Shown here: piece by piece, positions 17,012-25,853 of the stretch | Layout of the letters: each line of letters begins with the position of its first letter | Numbering within the stretch: position 1 is the stretch's first letter | IMG/VR virus record: IMGVR_UViG_3300030372_003123 | Span: 1-50,972 of that record | From: a virus | Lineage: Duplodnaviria; Caudoviricetes | Reading direction: 5' to 3' (one strand) | DNA length: 50,972 nucleotides | The notes under the pieces: model-generated | Databases searched by the model: none | Seen by the model: only the letters and a program-made list of their open reading frames with translations | Told to the model about the DNA's origin: nothing | Made by a program: the position numbers and the translations under genes

Positions 17012-17485
17012 ATGAACATATTTTACCTTGACAAATGCCCGGTAAAGGCAGCAAAATACCAATATAATAAACATGTAGTAAAGATGATACTTGAGTCAGC
17101 TCAAATGTTATGTACTGCTCACCATCATTACGATGAGAATACAACAGTACCTTACAAAAAGGCTCACTATAATCATCCATCTACAATATGGACAAGAACG
17201 GACAGGTACAACTATATGTGGTTATATGACCATATGATTGCTTTAGGTGATGAATATACTAAACGCTACGGTAAAAAACACCTTAGTATTATAAAGTGTT
17301 GGTGGCCGTTGTCTCGTATACCTAAAGGAATACCAGAAAAAGGTTTTACACAACCACCACAGGCTATGCCTGATGAGTATAAAAATGATTGTAGCATAAA
17401 AGCATATTGGAATTACTACATAGGAGATAAAAACCATATAGCTCATTCAAGTGAAACTATATATAAATACAGACCAAATGAATAA
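17012..17485 (+). CDS. pyrimidine-dimer glycosylase-like (DenV-related) protein
   Basis: MNIFYLD...KHVVKMILESAQML...NHPSTIW...EYTKRYGKKH. Confidence 0.65.
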   Translation: MNIFYLDKCPVKAAKYQYNKHVVKMILESAQMLCTAHHHYDENTTVPYKKAHYNHPSTIWTRTDRYNYMWLYDHMIALGDEYTKRYGKKHLSIIKCWWPLSRIPKGIPEKGFTQPPQAMPDEYKNDCSIKAYWNYYIGDKNHIAHSSETIYKYRPNE

Positions 17486-17569
17486 GAGACTTAAAATAAA
17501 AATAGAAAAATATAACCAGGTGAAATATAATTCTAAAAGAATTATTATAAAAACATTAAAACCTTTGTA

Positions 17570-17613
17570 TGACAATAGCCTTAAAAGACCTAATAAGTAA
17601 TAGGCTAATGTCA
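17570..17613. promoter_or_regulatory. gapped inverted repeat, copy 2
   Basis: TGACAATAGCCT-N20-AGGCTAATGTCA, 10 nt upstream of ATG 17623. Confidence 0.6.
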
Positions 17614-17622
17614 CAAATTAAT

Positions 17623-18237
17623 ATGGAAAGACAGTTTAAATACCTTACAAACAAAAGAGTTGTATGGCGACGAGATCCTACAACAGATATACCTGACATA
17701 GAAACAAAAGAATATATGTTTTATGAAAATGGTACTTACCAGGCTTATGACTTATTTAGAAGTAAAGCTAAAATAACAACTTACAGGAGCTTAAAGTGGC
17801 ACATGCTTACACTTTGGTACTTAAATCCTGATTGGACAGAGCATGATGCTATGGATGTAGCTATGTATATTACTAATAAAGATAACGGTTTTATTACCTT
17901 TAGAATTAATAGATGGAATGTAGCTAGACTTATAGACGACTTAAGTATATTAGATTTAGAAATACCACCAACAAATAAACTTAGAAAAATTATATTCAAG
18001 TTTAATTGTGGTCTTACTAAACAACAAAAACTAAGTATAGTAGGTAAACTAATAGGTAGATTAAGAGGTATAGACAGCACTGATATCTACGAGGCAATGT
18101 TACAAACTAATTACGAGGGTGATAAGATAATAATATCAAGGCTTGCAAAAATGTTAAATGTAACACCAAGAACAATTTATCGTCATATGAGTGACGAATT
18201 AAAACTAGAAAAAATTAAATTAAATGAAGAAACTTAG
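17623..18237 (+). CDS. protein with C-terminal HTH (replication-initiator- or regulator-like)
   Basis: ISRLAKMLNVTPRTIYRH HTH. Likely start MERQF. Confidence 0.6.
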   Translation: MERQFKYLTNKRVVWRRDPTTDIPDIETKEYMFYENGTYQAYDLFRSKAKITTYRSLKWHMLTLWYLNPDWTEHDAMDVAMYITNKDNGFITFRINRWNVARLIDDLSILDLEIPPTNKLRKIIFKFNCGLTKQQKLSIVGKLIGRLRGIDSTDIYEAMLQTNYEGDKIIISRLAKMLNVTPRTIYRHMSDELKLEKIKLNEET

Positions 18238-18673
18238 AATATATATAGATATGGACGGAGTTATTTCAGACTTTGAAAAAGCTAAGAAAGAATTAACCAT
18301 ATCTTTTCAAAAAAGACCTGATCTTCACGTCGACTATTTACATTTAGATATAGTACCTGGCGCTGAAGAAGCAGTTGAATACTTAAATAAATACCATGAA
18401 GTGTTTATTGCATCAACTCCCCCGTGGTCTAGAATACAAGTATGGGCCGACAAGCGTGCGTGGCTTGAACGATGGTTCCCAGACTTAAAACGCAAACTAA
18501 TACTCACGCACAGAAAAGATTTATTAATCGGTGATGTTCTAATCGACGATAGTAGGTTCAGAGGTCAACCAGATTTTAAAGGCCATTGGTTTTGGTTCAA
18601 TAAAGACTGGGAAAACAAGAACTGGAAAGCATGTTTAGAATTCATAAAAAAATTAGAAAATGAAGAAATATAA
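18224..18673 (+). CDS. 5'(3')-deoxyribonucleotidase (HAD, NT5C-like)
   Basis: YIDMDGVISDF, KRAWL and LIDD. Confidence 0.85.
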   Translation: MKKLRIYIDMDGVISDFEKAKKELTISFQKRPDLHVDYLHLDIVPGAEEAVEYLNKYHEVFIASTPPWSRIQVWADKRAWLERWFPDLKRKLILTHRKDLLIGDVLIDDSRFRGQPDFKGHWFWFNKDWENKNWKACLEFIKKLENEEI

Positions 18674-19415
18674 TATACAAAACTACATTAGATATAAGAA
18701 CGATATGAGTTCAGTATTAGCAAGATTACCTGATGTTGAATATGAAGAATATAGTCGAGATCAGTTAATTTTAAGATTCTTACCATTAGTAGAAAACTTA
18801 GCTAGAAAATTTTCAACATCACAGCAAGCAATAGGTGTAATGACTATAAATGATTTAATTCAAGAAGGTTTTTACGGGCTATGTGCAGGGGCTGATAGAA
18901 TAAATTGGGAAACTATAAATGAAGCTAATAATAAAGAAAAAACTTTAAAATCTTTTTTATCAAAAAGAATTAAAGGCGCAATACGTAGAGGTATTGATAG
19001 CAATAGGGGTAGCATGAGGATTCCAGAACATAAACTTAATGAAATTCGTAAAGATTTTGGTGAAGATAAAAAAGCTGTAGAGTTATTTTTTAATTCAGTG
19101 TTTACTAGTTTAGATGATGGAACCCCTGAGCAACAAAATGCGGCTTATAATATACCAGATGTTAAAAGCTACAACAAAGTATTATTAGCGGCTTACTTAA
19201 AAGGTTTAATGTTACAATACTTAAATCCAAAAGAATTTCAAGTATTAAGACTATCATATGGACTTGATTGTGAAAAGCATTCGGCTAAAGAAATTGCAGA
19301 AATTTTAGGCATAAAAGGCACTAGCTCTTACGTGCGCATTTCGCAGTTAAAAAAGCTAGCAATAGATAAGTTAATTGAAAAGGTCCCGCACTCGCAAGTG
19401 ATTGACTACCTGTAG
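18660..19415 (+). CDS. sigma-70 family RNA polymerase sigma factor
   Basis: PLVENLARKF, DLIQEG, RIKGAIRR, RIPEH and a region-4 HTH (EIAEILG...ISQLK). Confidence 0.85.
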   Translation: MKKYNIQNYIRYKNDMSSVLARLPDVEYEEYSRDQLILRFLPLVENLARKFSTSQQAIGVMTINDLIQEGFYGLCAGADRINWETINEANNKEKTLKSFLSKRIKGAIRRGIDSNRGSMRIPEHKLNEIRKDFGEDKKAVELFFNSVFTSLDDGTPEQQNAAYNIPDVKSYNKVLLAAYLKGLMLQYLNPKEFQVLRLSYGLDCEKHSAKEIAEILGIKGTSSYVRISQLKKLAIDKLIEKVPHSQVIDYL

Positions 19416-19435
19416 GTTGTACTCAGTTCACCGAT

Positions 19436-19463
19436 GTAAATATGAATAAATATGTGTAATTAT
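19436..19463 (+). promoter_or_regulatory. putative phage-sigma (middle/late) promoter
   Basis: GTAAA-N14-TGTAATTAT, between the sigma gene and the replication operon. Confidence 0.65.
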
Positions 19464-19488
19464 ATATATAGACCAAAACTAATAAACC

Positions 19489-20064
19489 ATGAAACAATTA
19501 AACCAAAAACTAGCAGTCATACAGACTGAATTAAAAGCAAAAAAGTCTTCGTACAATGCTTTCGGAAAATACTATTTCCGTAAAGCCGAAGACATACTCG
19601 AGGCAGTAAAGCCTTTCTTACTTAGGGAGGGTGTAACAGTTAGAGTCAAAGAACATTTGATCTCTGAAACGCCCCCTACTATACAATCAACAGCCATCTT
19701 GTCTGATGGTGAAAATCAAATTACAGCAACAGCAATAGTCGGTGTAGACCTTACACAAAAAGGTATGCAAACGGCTCAACAATTTGGAGCTGCTTCATCT
19801 TATGGAAAGAAGTATGCGTTAGGCAACTTATTTCTAATTGATGATACAGCGGATGCTGACTCTACTAGTGGTGGAGGAGTAGCAAGTAAAATTGTGAACA
19901 AAGCTAAAGAAGGAATGACTAAACCGCAATGGGAGAAAGCTATTGAGTTTGTAAAAGAAGGAGGAAGCATTACTGCTATCGAGTCTAAATATACCATTAC
20001 GTCAGCAGAGATGAAAACGTTAAAAGAAATAAAAACAAAAAACAATCCTATACATAATGGATAA
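19489..20064 (+). CDS. ERF family ssDNA annealing protein
   Basis: NAFGKYYFRKAEDIL...QQFGAASSYGKKYAL...DDTADAD. Confidence 0.85.
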   Translation: MKQLNQKLAVIQTELKAKKSSYNAFGKYYFRKAEDILEAVKPFLLREGVTVRVKEHLISETPPTIQSTAILSDGENQITATAIVGVDLTQKGMQTAQQFGAASSYGKKYALGNLFLIDDTADADSTSGGGVASKIVNKAKEGMTKPQWEKAIEFVKEGGSITAIESKYTITSAEMKTLKEIKTKNNPIHNG

Positions 20065-20776
20065 AAAAATAATTGAGAAATTAAAACAGGACGAACACTA
20101 CTATGGAGACTATGGTAAGCAGTTCTTAAGTAATTCAGATATATCTATATTACTTAAAAATCCTAAATTGCTACGTGAAGCAAAACCTAAATCAACAGCA
20201 ATGGTGATAGGAGGCTATTTTCACACTGCAATACTAGAACCTAATAAACTTAAAAGTTTTAGGATTATAGAGTCTAGCACTAGGAATACTAAGAAATATA
20301 AAGAAATGTCTGAAGGAGAGATCTGCTTATTACAACATGAAGTTGACAAAATAGAACTAATGCAAGAAGCTGTTATGGATAATAGTATTTGCAGGGGCCT
20401 TATACAAGGAGACTTTGAAGTTCCAGCTGTTACAGAATTATTCGGTAACAAATGGAAAGGAAAGGCAGATATTATAAACCATGACGAAAAACTTGTTATT
20501 GACCTTAAAACAACTAGCGATATTGACAAGTTTAGATGGTCTGCTTCTAAGTTTAACTATGATAGTCAAGCTTATATCTATAGCAACCTATTTGGTTATG
20601 AGATGTTATTTATGGTAATAGATAAAGAAACTCTACGAATAGGTTTGTTCGACTGTTCACCAGAATTTTATAAAACTGGTGAAGACAAAGTACGTAAAGC
20701 TACTGACGCGTACGATCTGTTCTATAAGACAGAAGATTTTGACAGTAAGCAATATTTAATAACTAAAACCTTATAA
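20057..20776 (+). CDS. PD-(D/E)XK exonuclease (RecE/DUF3799-like)
   Basis: LSNSD, G.YFHTAILEP, KGKAD, DLKTT and YDSQAYIY. Confidence 0.8.
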   Translation: MDKKIIEKLKQDEHYYGDYGKQFLSNSDISILLKNPKLLREAKPKSTAMVIGGYFHTAILEPNKLKSFRIIESSTRNTKKYKEMSEGEICLLQHEVDKIELMQEAVMDNSICRGLIQGDFEVPAVTELFGNKWKGKADIINHDEKLVIDLKTTSDIDKFRWSASKFNYDSQAYIYSNLFGYEMLFMVIDKETLRIGLFDCSPEFYKTGEDKVRKATDAYDLFYKTEDFDSKQYLITKTL

Positions 20777-20779
20777 ACC

Positions 20780-20968
20780 ATGGGATATAAAATGAAGACT
20801 TGCGCAATATCAGGCAAGCGACACAGAGCAAATAATAAAAACTTTTATGTAAACAATAACTCAAGTGACGGTTTGCATCCATACTCTAAACAGATGGATA
20901 ATTATAGAAGAAAATTAAATGTTTCTGTGGATAAAGTAAAAGAATTAGTTAACTTAATAAATCAATAA
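20780..20968 (+). CDS. hypothetical protein
   Basis: 62 aa, within the operon. Confidence 0.55.
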   Translation: MGYKMKTCAISGKRHRANNKNFYVNNNSSDGLHPYSKQMDNYRRKLNVSVDKVKELVNLINQ

Positions 20969-20970
20969 AT

Positions 20971-21282
20971 ATGGCGAGTATTATAAAAACGTCCATAAAT
21001 CTCTCTGAGATTCCTAAGGACAAAATATATGTTGGTAAAAAAGGTAAGTATTTACCTATTACCATAACCCTTAATGACGATGTCGACCAATTTGGTAACC
21101 AAGGGCCAGTTGTTGTCGAACAAACTAAGGAAGAACGTGAAGCTAAACAAGCTAAAACTTATTTAGGTAACGTTAAAGTAGTGTGGACAAATGGCGACAA
21201 CGTTGCTGTAGCTCCACGAGATAATGAACAGCCAAAGGCAGCACCAGCGCCTGCGGCAGCTAAAGAGGATTTACCATTTTAA
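20971..21282 (+). CDS. putative ssDNA-binding protein
   Basis: GKKGKYL core and acidic C-terminal EDLPF tail. Confidence 0.7.
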   Translation: MASIIKTSINLSEIPKDKIYVGKKGKYLPITITLNDDVDQFGNQGPVVVEQTKEEREAKQAKTYLGNVKVVWTNGDNVAVAPRDNEQPKAAPAPAAAKEDLPF

Positions 21283-21283
21283 T

Positions 21284-23002
21284 ATGAATGTAGAGAATAC
21301 AGAGATCAATGGATTCGTGATTGACAAATTCAATCAACATGGTTTAGAAGTGGGCAAGACACAGGGGATTTGCCCCTTGTGTTCCCACACTAGACAACCT
21401 AAAAATAGAGATGCTAAATGCTGCTCTTATGATTGGGAACGTGGTCTCGGTACTTGTCATAACTGTGATACTAGTTTTCAATTACATACGTATCAGCGTA
21501 AAGGTAATGCAACTAGAGAATATGTAAAACCAATACCGGTTGAAGTATTTGAACCAGTTAAAGACAAGGCAGTTCAATGGTTTGAGTCTAGAGGTATATC
21601 TCAACAAACGTTAAACGATTTAAAAGTTACAACGGGTGAAGAGTTTATGCCTCAGACAGGGAAAAAAGAAAATACTATACAATTTAATTACATTATGGGT
21701 GAAGAACTTGTTAATGTAAAGTATAGAGATGGTAGAAAAAACTTTAAACTGTACAAAGGTGCTGAAAAAATATTCTACAATATTAATAGTATTGTAGGAT
21801 ATGACTGGTGTGTTATCACTGAAGGTGAAATGGATGCTTTAGCATTACACGAAGCTGGAATTAAAAATGTGATATCAGTCCCTAACGGTGCCACGTTAAA
21901 TAGTAATAATCTAGATTATCTAGATAACTGTATAGATTATTTTGAAGATAAAGAAAAAATAATACTAGCAGTTGATGCAGACGAAGCTGGACAAGCTTTA
22001 AGATATGAGTTCATTAGACGTCTTGGTGCTGAAGTTTGCTACTTAGTAGACTTTAATGGCAATAAAGATCCTAATGACTTCTTAATAGAACATGGGGCAG
22101 AAGAACTTAGAAAAGTTATAACTACCGCGTCTCAAGTTCCGTTAGAAGGGGTTTCAACTCTTAAAGATATAGAGGCTGACTTATTAGACTTTGTACACAA
22201 TGGTTTTAAACCTGGGTTTCAAGTAGGTTTATCAAATTTTGATAGAATATTTTCGACATATACTTCACAGTTTATTACTGTAACAGGTATACCGTCATCA
22301 GGTAAATCAGATTTTGTAGACCAAATGTGTATAGGTTATAATAAGAATTATGGCTGGAAGACAGCTTATGCATCTCCTGAAAACAAACCTAATTTTTTAC
22401 ATGCCCATAAGCTTATACGTAAAACGTGGGAGGGAATGCCAACTAAAGATGATGTTGGTTCTGATAAGTGGAAACAAATTACTGAGCATATTAATGATAA
22501 TTATTTCTTCATTGATATGGATAGATATACACTTGAGGACGTATTACGTAAAGGTGCTGAGCTCGTAAAGCGTAAAGGTATTAAATGTTTAGTCATTGAT
22601 CCCTTTAATAAAATTAGAGACGTTGATTGTAAAACAGAAGATGTCAATCGTTACACTATGGAATACTTAACTAAAATAGAAACATTTGCAAAAAAGTATG
22701 ATGTATTAGTAATGGTTGTGGCTCACCCTACTAAAATGTATAGAGACAAAGAAGGTAAAATTGAAGAACCTACGATGTACAGTATTAAAGGTGGTGGTGA
22801 ATGGTACGATGCTAGTTATCATGGGTTACTAGTTCATAGAGACTATGAAGCTCAAACTGTTAAGGTTAAAGTGTTGAAAGTTAAATTTCAAAACTTAGGT
22901 GAAAATCAAGCTGAAGCTCATTTTAACTGGGAACTTAAATCAGGTAGTTACGTGCCAATAATTAGTGAAGATAATGTAGGACCCTTGCCATGGGAGAGTT
23001 AG
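21284..23002 (+). CDS. primase-helicase (T7 gp4/Twinkle-like)
   Basis: Zn finger CPLC...CHNC, TOPRIM EGEMD/DADEAG, SF4 helicase GIPSSGKS, IDP and VAHP. Confidence 0.93.
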   Translation: MNVENTEINGFVIDKFNQHGLEVGKTQGICPLCSHTRQPKNRDAKCCSYDWERGLGTCHNCDTSFQLHTYQRKGNATREYVKPIPVEVFEPVKDKAVQWFESRGISQQTLNDLKVTTGEEFMPQTGKKENTIQFNYIMGEELVNVKYRDGRKNFKLYKGAEKIFYNINSIVGYDWCVITEGEMDALALHEAGIKNVISVPNGATLNSNNLDYLDNCIDYFEDKEKIILAVDADEAGQALRYEFIRRLGAEVCYLVDFNGNKDPNDFLIEHGAEELRKVITTASQVPLEGVSTLKDIEADLLDFVHNGFKPGFQVGLSNFDRIFSTYTSQFITVTGIPSSGKSDFVDQMCIGYNKNYGWKTAYASPENKPNFLHAHKLIRKTWEGMPTKDDVGSDKWKQITEHINDNYFFIDMDRYTLEDVLRKGAELVKRKGIKCLVIDPFNKIRDVDCKTEDVNRYTMEYLTKIETFAKKYDVLVMVVAHPTKMYRDKEGKIEEPTMYSIKGGGEWYDASYHGLLVHRDYEAQTVKVKVLKVKFQNLGENQAEAHFNWELKSGSYVPIISEDNVGPLPWES

Positions 23003-23334
23003 ATAACGGTAATACAAATTACCCTCACCATACTAGACAAGGTGGTGATTTGGTAAAATGCTTTTGGTGTGAAGATAATGGTATAAATATAAAACCAGAA
23101 TATCATTACAATAATGGTAAACACGAATGGAGGATAGGTATAACAATAAATAATAAATATAATAGAGATCCTAAAGTTTACGATAAAAAAGATGTTATGG
23201 AGCAAGTATATCAGTATTCAAAGTATTACTTTAATAAATATTGCACTAATAAAGATGTGATGAAAACAAAAGCAGAAAGGATTGAAAGATCTAGTAATCG
23301 ATGGAGAAGTTCAATTAATAAATATAAAGTATGA
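22990..23334 (+). CDS. hypothetical protein
   Basis: 114 aa, within the operon. Confidence 0.65.
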   Translation: MGELDNGNTNYPHHTRQGGDLVKCFWCEDNGINIKPEYHYNNGKHEWRIGITINNKYNRDPKVYDKKDVMEQVYQYSKYYFNKYCTNKDVMKTKAERIERSSNRWRSSINKYKV

Positions 23335-23987
23335 TGTATAAATTTAATAATGCAAATTCAGCTTTTGATTTTTACAAAAGTCAAATACTACATTATGGTG
23401 TTGACTTTGATGATACTAAAGCTTTATTTAATGTTGGTTTTACAATAGAGTATCCTATGGATAATCATATAGATTGTAAGCAACGTGATTGGAAGCAAGG
23501 TTATGCTGAGGCTGAATGGCAATGGTATTTATCTGGTGATAGAAATATTAAAAAGCTAGGTGAATTGTATGGTAAAGTTCCTGAAATATGGAAACGTATG
23601 GCAGACAACGCTGGTAATGTTAATTCTAATTATGGCTGGCAATGGCAGAGAAACGAACAGTTAGATTATGTTGTGGATATATTAAAACACTATCCTAATA
23701 CTAGGCAAGCAGCTATATCTATTTATGATGGCAAAGAAATAAAAAATGCTCATTATAACAATGATACTCCTTGTACTTATGCTGTTCAGTTTACAATATT
23801 AAATGACAAGCTTAATATGTGTGTTACGATGCGATCTAACGACCTCTGGTACGGTTTTTGTAACGATCAGTATTGTTTCTCAAGATTGCAATTAATGATT
23901 GCTGATAAGTTAGAAATAAGACTAGGTACGTATTTCCATTTTGCACACAACTTACATTTGTATAATAATATAATAGAAAAACTATGA
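23331..23987 (+). CDS. thymidylate synthase-fold enzyme, T4 gp42 (dCMP hydroxymethylase)-like
   Basis: EWQWY, GNVNSNYG, PCT and MRSNDLWYGFCND, with Asp at the ThyA Asn177 position. Confidence 0.75.
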   Translation: MMYKFNNANSAFDFYKSQILHYGVDFDDTKALFNVGFTIEYPMDNHIDCKQRDWKQGYAEAEWQWYLSGDRNIKKLGELYGKVPEIWKRMADNAGNVNSNYGWQWQRNEQLDYVVDILKHYPNTRQAAISIYDGKEIKNAHYNNDTPCTYAVQFTILNDKLNMCVTMRSNDLWYGFCNDQYCFSRLQLMIADKLEIRLGTYFHFAHNLHLYNNIIEKL

Positions 23988-24190
23988 AAAAAGTAATTTT
24001 AATATGTATATTTTTTATGTTTTCTTTTTCTACAGATAAAGTTCCAGAAACGTGCTATTGTACTTTTGAAAAACAAAGTTGGACAGCATTTTGTGGAGAG
24101 CGTTTAACTTGTGAAAAATGTTGTGAGAAAACTAAACCAAAACCAAAAGAAAAAAAGAAAAAGAAAAAGAAAAAGAAAAAAGATGAGTAA
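23984..24190 (+). CDS. small exported Cys-rich protein with poly-Lys tail
   Basis: Signal-like N-terminus, CYC...C...CEKCC and a K-run. Confidence 0.5.
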   Translation: MKKVILICIFFMFSFSTDKVPETCYCTFEKQSWTAFCGERLTCEKCCEKTKPKPKEKKKKKKKKKKDE

Positions 24191-24995
24191 AGAATATATA
24201 TTATATCACATACCTGGTAAAAAAATAGGTTGTACAACTGACTTATATAATAGAGTCACTGATCAACAAGGTTATGAACCAGGTGAGTACGAAGTTCTAG
24301 AAAAATCTAATGATATAGATTATATATCAAAAAGAGAACTACAACTTCAAGAAGAATACGGTTATAGAGTTGATCGTGTTCCTTATAATAAACTTAATAA
24401 TAATAATTTTAATAATTTAAAAACTATGAAGATAAACGTAACAGACCAAACTACTACGTTCCCCTGTCCTCTTAATAAATTAAAAGGTAACCTTATGGAT
24501 AACCTTGAAATGAGTTGGGAGACAACCGAAGGTACAGTTTGGTTAGATGAAAGATTAGCTAAATGGATTGTTGATAATGCAAAAACATCTATGTACAATG
24601 ATAGTAGGTGTTATGTATATAACAGAGCTATGGTGAAGTTTTATATGAAACACCCTGAAGCTGTGTTAGAAAATTGTAGTGATCCAGAAGACTGTTGTCA
24701 AGATACTATGTTTGACTTAATTAGAGATTGGGCTGAAGATAAAGGTATATATGACAAAGGTGATCAAAAAACTCAATACGTTAAACTAATGGAAGAGGCT
24801 GGTGAAGTTGGTAGAGCTATATTAAAATCTGATTTACCAGAAATAAAAGATGGCATAGGTGACATGGTTGTTGTACTAACTAACTTAGCTGAACTAAGTG
24901 GGTTATCAATTGAAGAGTGTATTGAATCAGCTTATGATACTATAGCTAAACGTAAAGGTAAAATGATTAATGGAACATTTGTAAAAAATAATTAA
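24183..24995 (+). CDS. MazG-like NTP pyrophosphohydrolase with GIY-YIG-like N-terminus
   Basis: C-terminal KLMEEAGEV...DGIGD...IAKRKG. N-terminal YILYHIPGKKIGCT..L.NR. Confidence 0.75.
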   Translation: MSKEYILYHIPGKKIGCTTDLYNRVTDQQGYEPGEYEVLEKSNDIDYISKRELQLQEEYGYRVDRVPYNKLNNNNFNNLKTMKINVTDQTTTFPCPLNKLKGNLMDNLEMSWETTEGTVWLDERLAKWIVDNAKTSMYNDSRCYVYNRAMVKFYMKHPEAVLENCSDPEDCCQDTMFDLIRDWAEDKGIYDKGDQKTQYVKLMEEAGEVGRAILKSDLPEIKDGIGDMVVVLTNLAELSGLSIEECIESAYDTIAKRKGKMINGTFVKNN

Positions 24996-24996
24996 T

Positions 24997-25284
24997 ATGA
25001 GTAGTAGAGAAATAATGGATGCTAAGGGTTTTAGTTCAAAAATAGCAGCAATGTATGAGCTTAGAGATCCTGTTGTAAAACGTGTTATGGATAAGTTTGT
25101 AGAGCGTTCTAACGAAGGTTTTAGAAAATACGGCACGACTCTTCATGAAGAGAGAACAACGAAATTAAAAGGTCTGAATAAATATCTTGTTGATATACAA
25201 GAAGAACTTATGGATGCGGTTTTATATGTACAAACTGCTAGAGAGGAAATTAAAGATATATTAGATGAGATATCGGAAGAATAA
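24997..25284 (+). CDS. small all-alpha NTP-PPase-like protein
   Basis: ERSNEGFRKYGTTL...QEELMDAVLY. Confidence 0.55.
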   Translation: MSSREIMDAKGFSSKIAAMYELRDPVVKRVMDKFVERSNEGFRKYGTTLHEERTTKLKGLNKYLVDIQEELMDAVLYVQTAREEIKDILDEISEE

Positions 25285-25711
25285 AAAACGAGGACCTGTT
25301 AAATCAAAAAAGGTTATATATGATGGTATAACCTTCGCCTCTGGTTTAGAAAAGTATATGTATAAAGCTTTAAAAGAAGCTAACATAAAAAATAAATATG
25401 AAGGACAAACATATACTTTAGTAGAAGGGTTTAAATTTGAAACCTCAAGCTACGAAAGGCAGTCTAATGGTAAAGGACAGTTTGTGGACAGAGGAAATAA
25501 AAAAATATTACCAATTAAATACACTCCAGATTTTGTTGGAGATGGCTTTATAATTGAAACAAAAGGAAGAGCAAATGAAAGTTTCCCAATAAGATGGAAA
25601 TTGTTTAAAAGTTTTATTAACAGATGCTACCCACATGTAACTTTATATAAGCCTCAGAACCAAAAAGAGTGTGATATGGTAATACAATTATTAACTAATA
25701 AAATTAAATAA
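25265..25711 (+). CDS. T7 endonuclease I-like resolvase
   Basis: FASGLE, YE, YTPDF and IIETKG. Confidence 0.8.
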   Translation: MRYRKNKKRGPVKSKKVIYDGITFASGLEKYMYKALKEANIKNKYEGQTYTLVEGFKFETSSYERQSNGKGQFVDRGNKKILPIKYTPDFVGDGFIIETKGRANESFPIRWKLFKSFINRCYPHVTLYKPQNQKECDMVIQLLTNKIK

Positions 25712-25712
25712 T

Positions 25713-25850
25713 ATGGATTGGGAATTTAGCATAGGGTTTTACCCTGGTATACTTTTAGGTATGAGAACATACAGAGAAAAGAAAAAAAATAATCACGTAC
25801 TATATCTACCTTTTGTAGATTTTTGTTTAACAATGAATAATAGAAAATAA
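25713..25850 (+). CDS. small hypothetical protein (45 aa)
   Basis: Manual translation MDWEFSIGFYPGILLGMRTY...HVLYLPFVD. Fills the gap exactly. Confidence 0.55.
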   Translation: MDWEFSIGFYPGILLGMRTYREKKKNNHVLYLPFVDFCLTMNNRK

Positions 25851-25853
25851 TAA

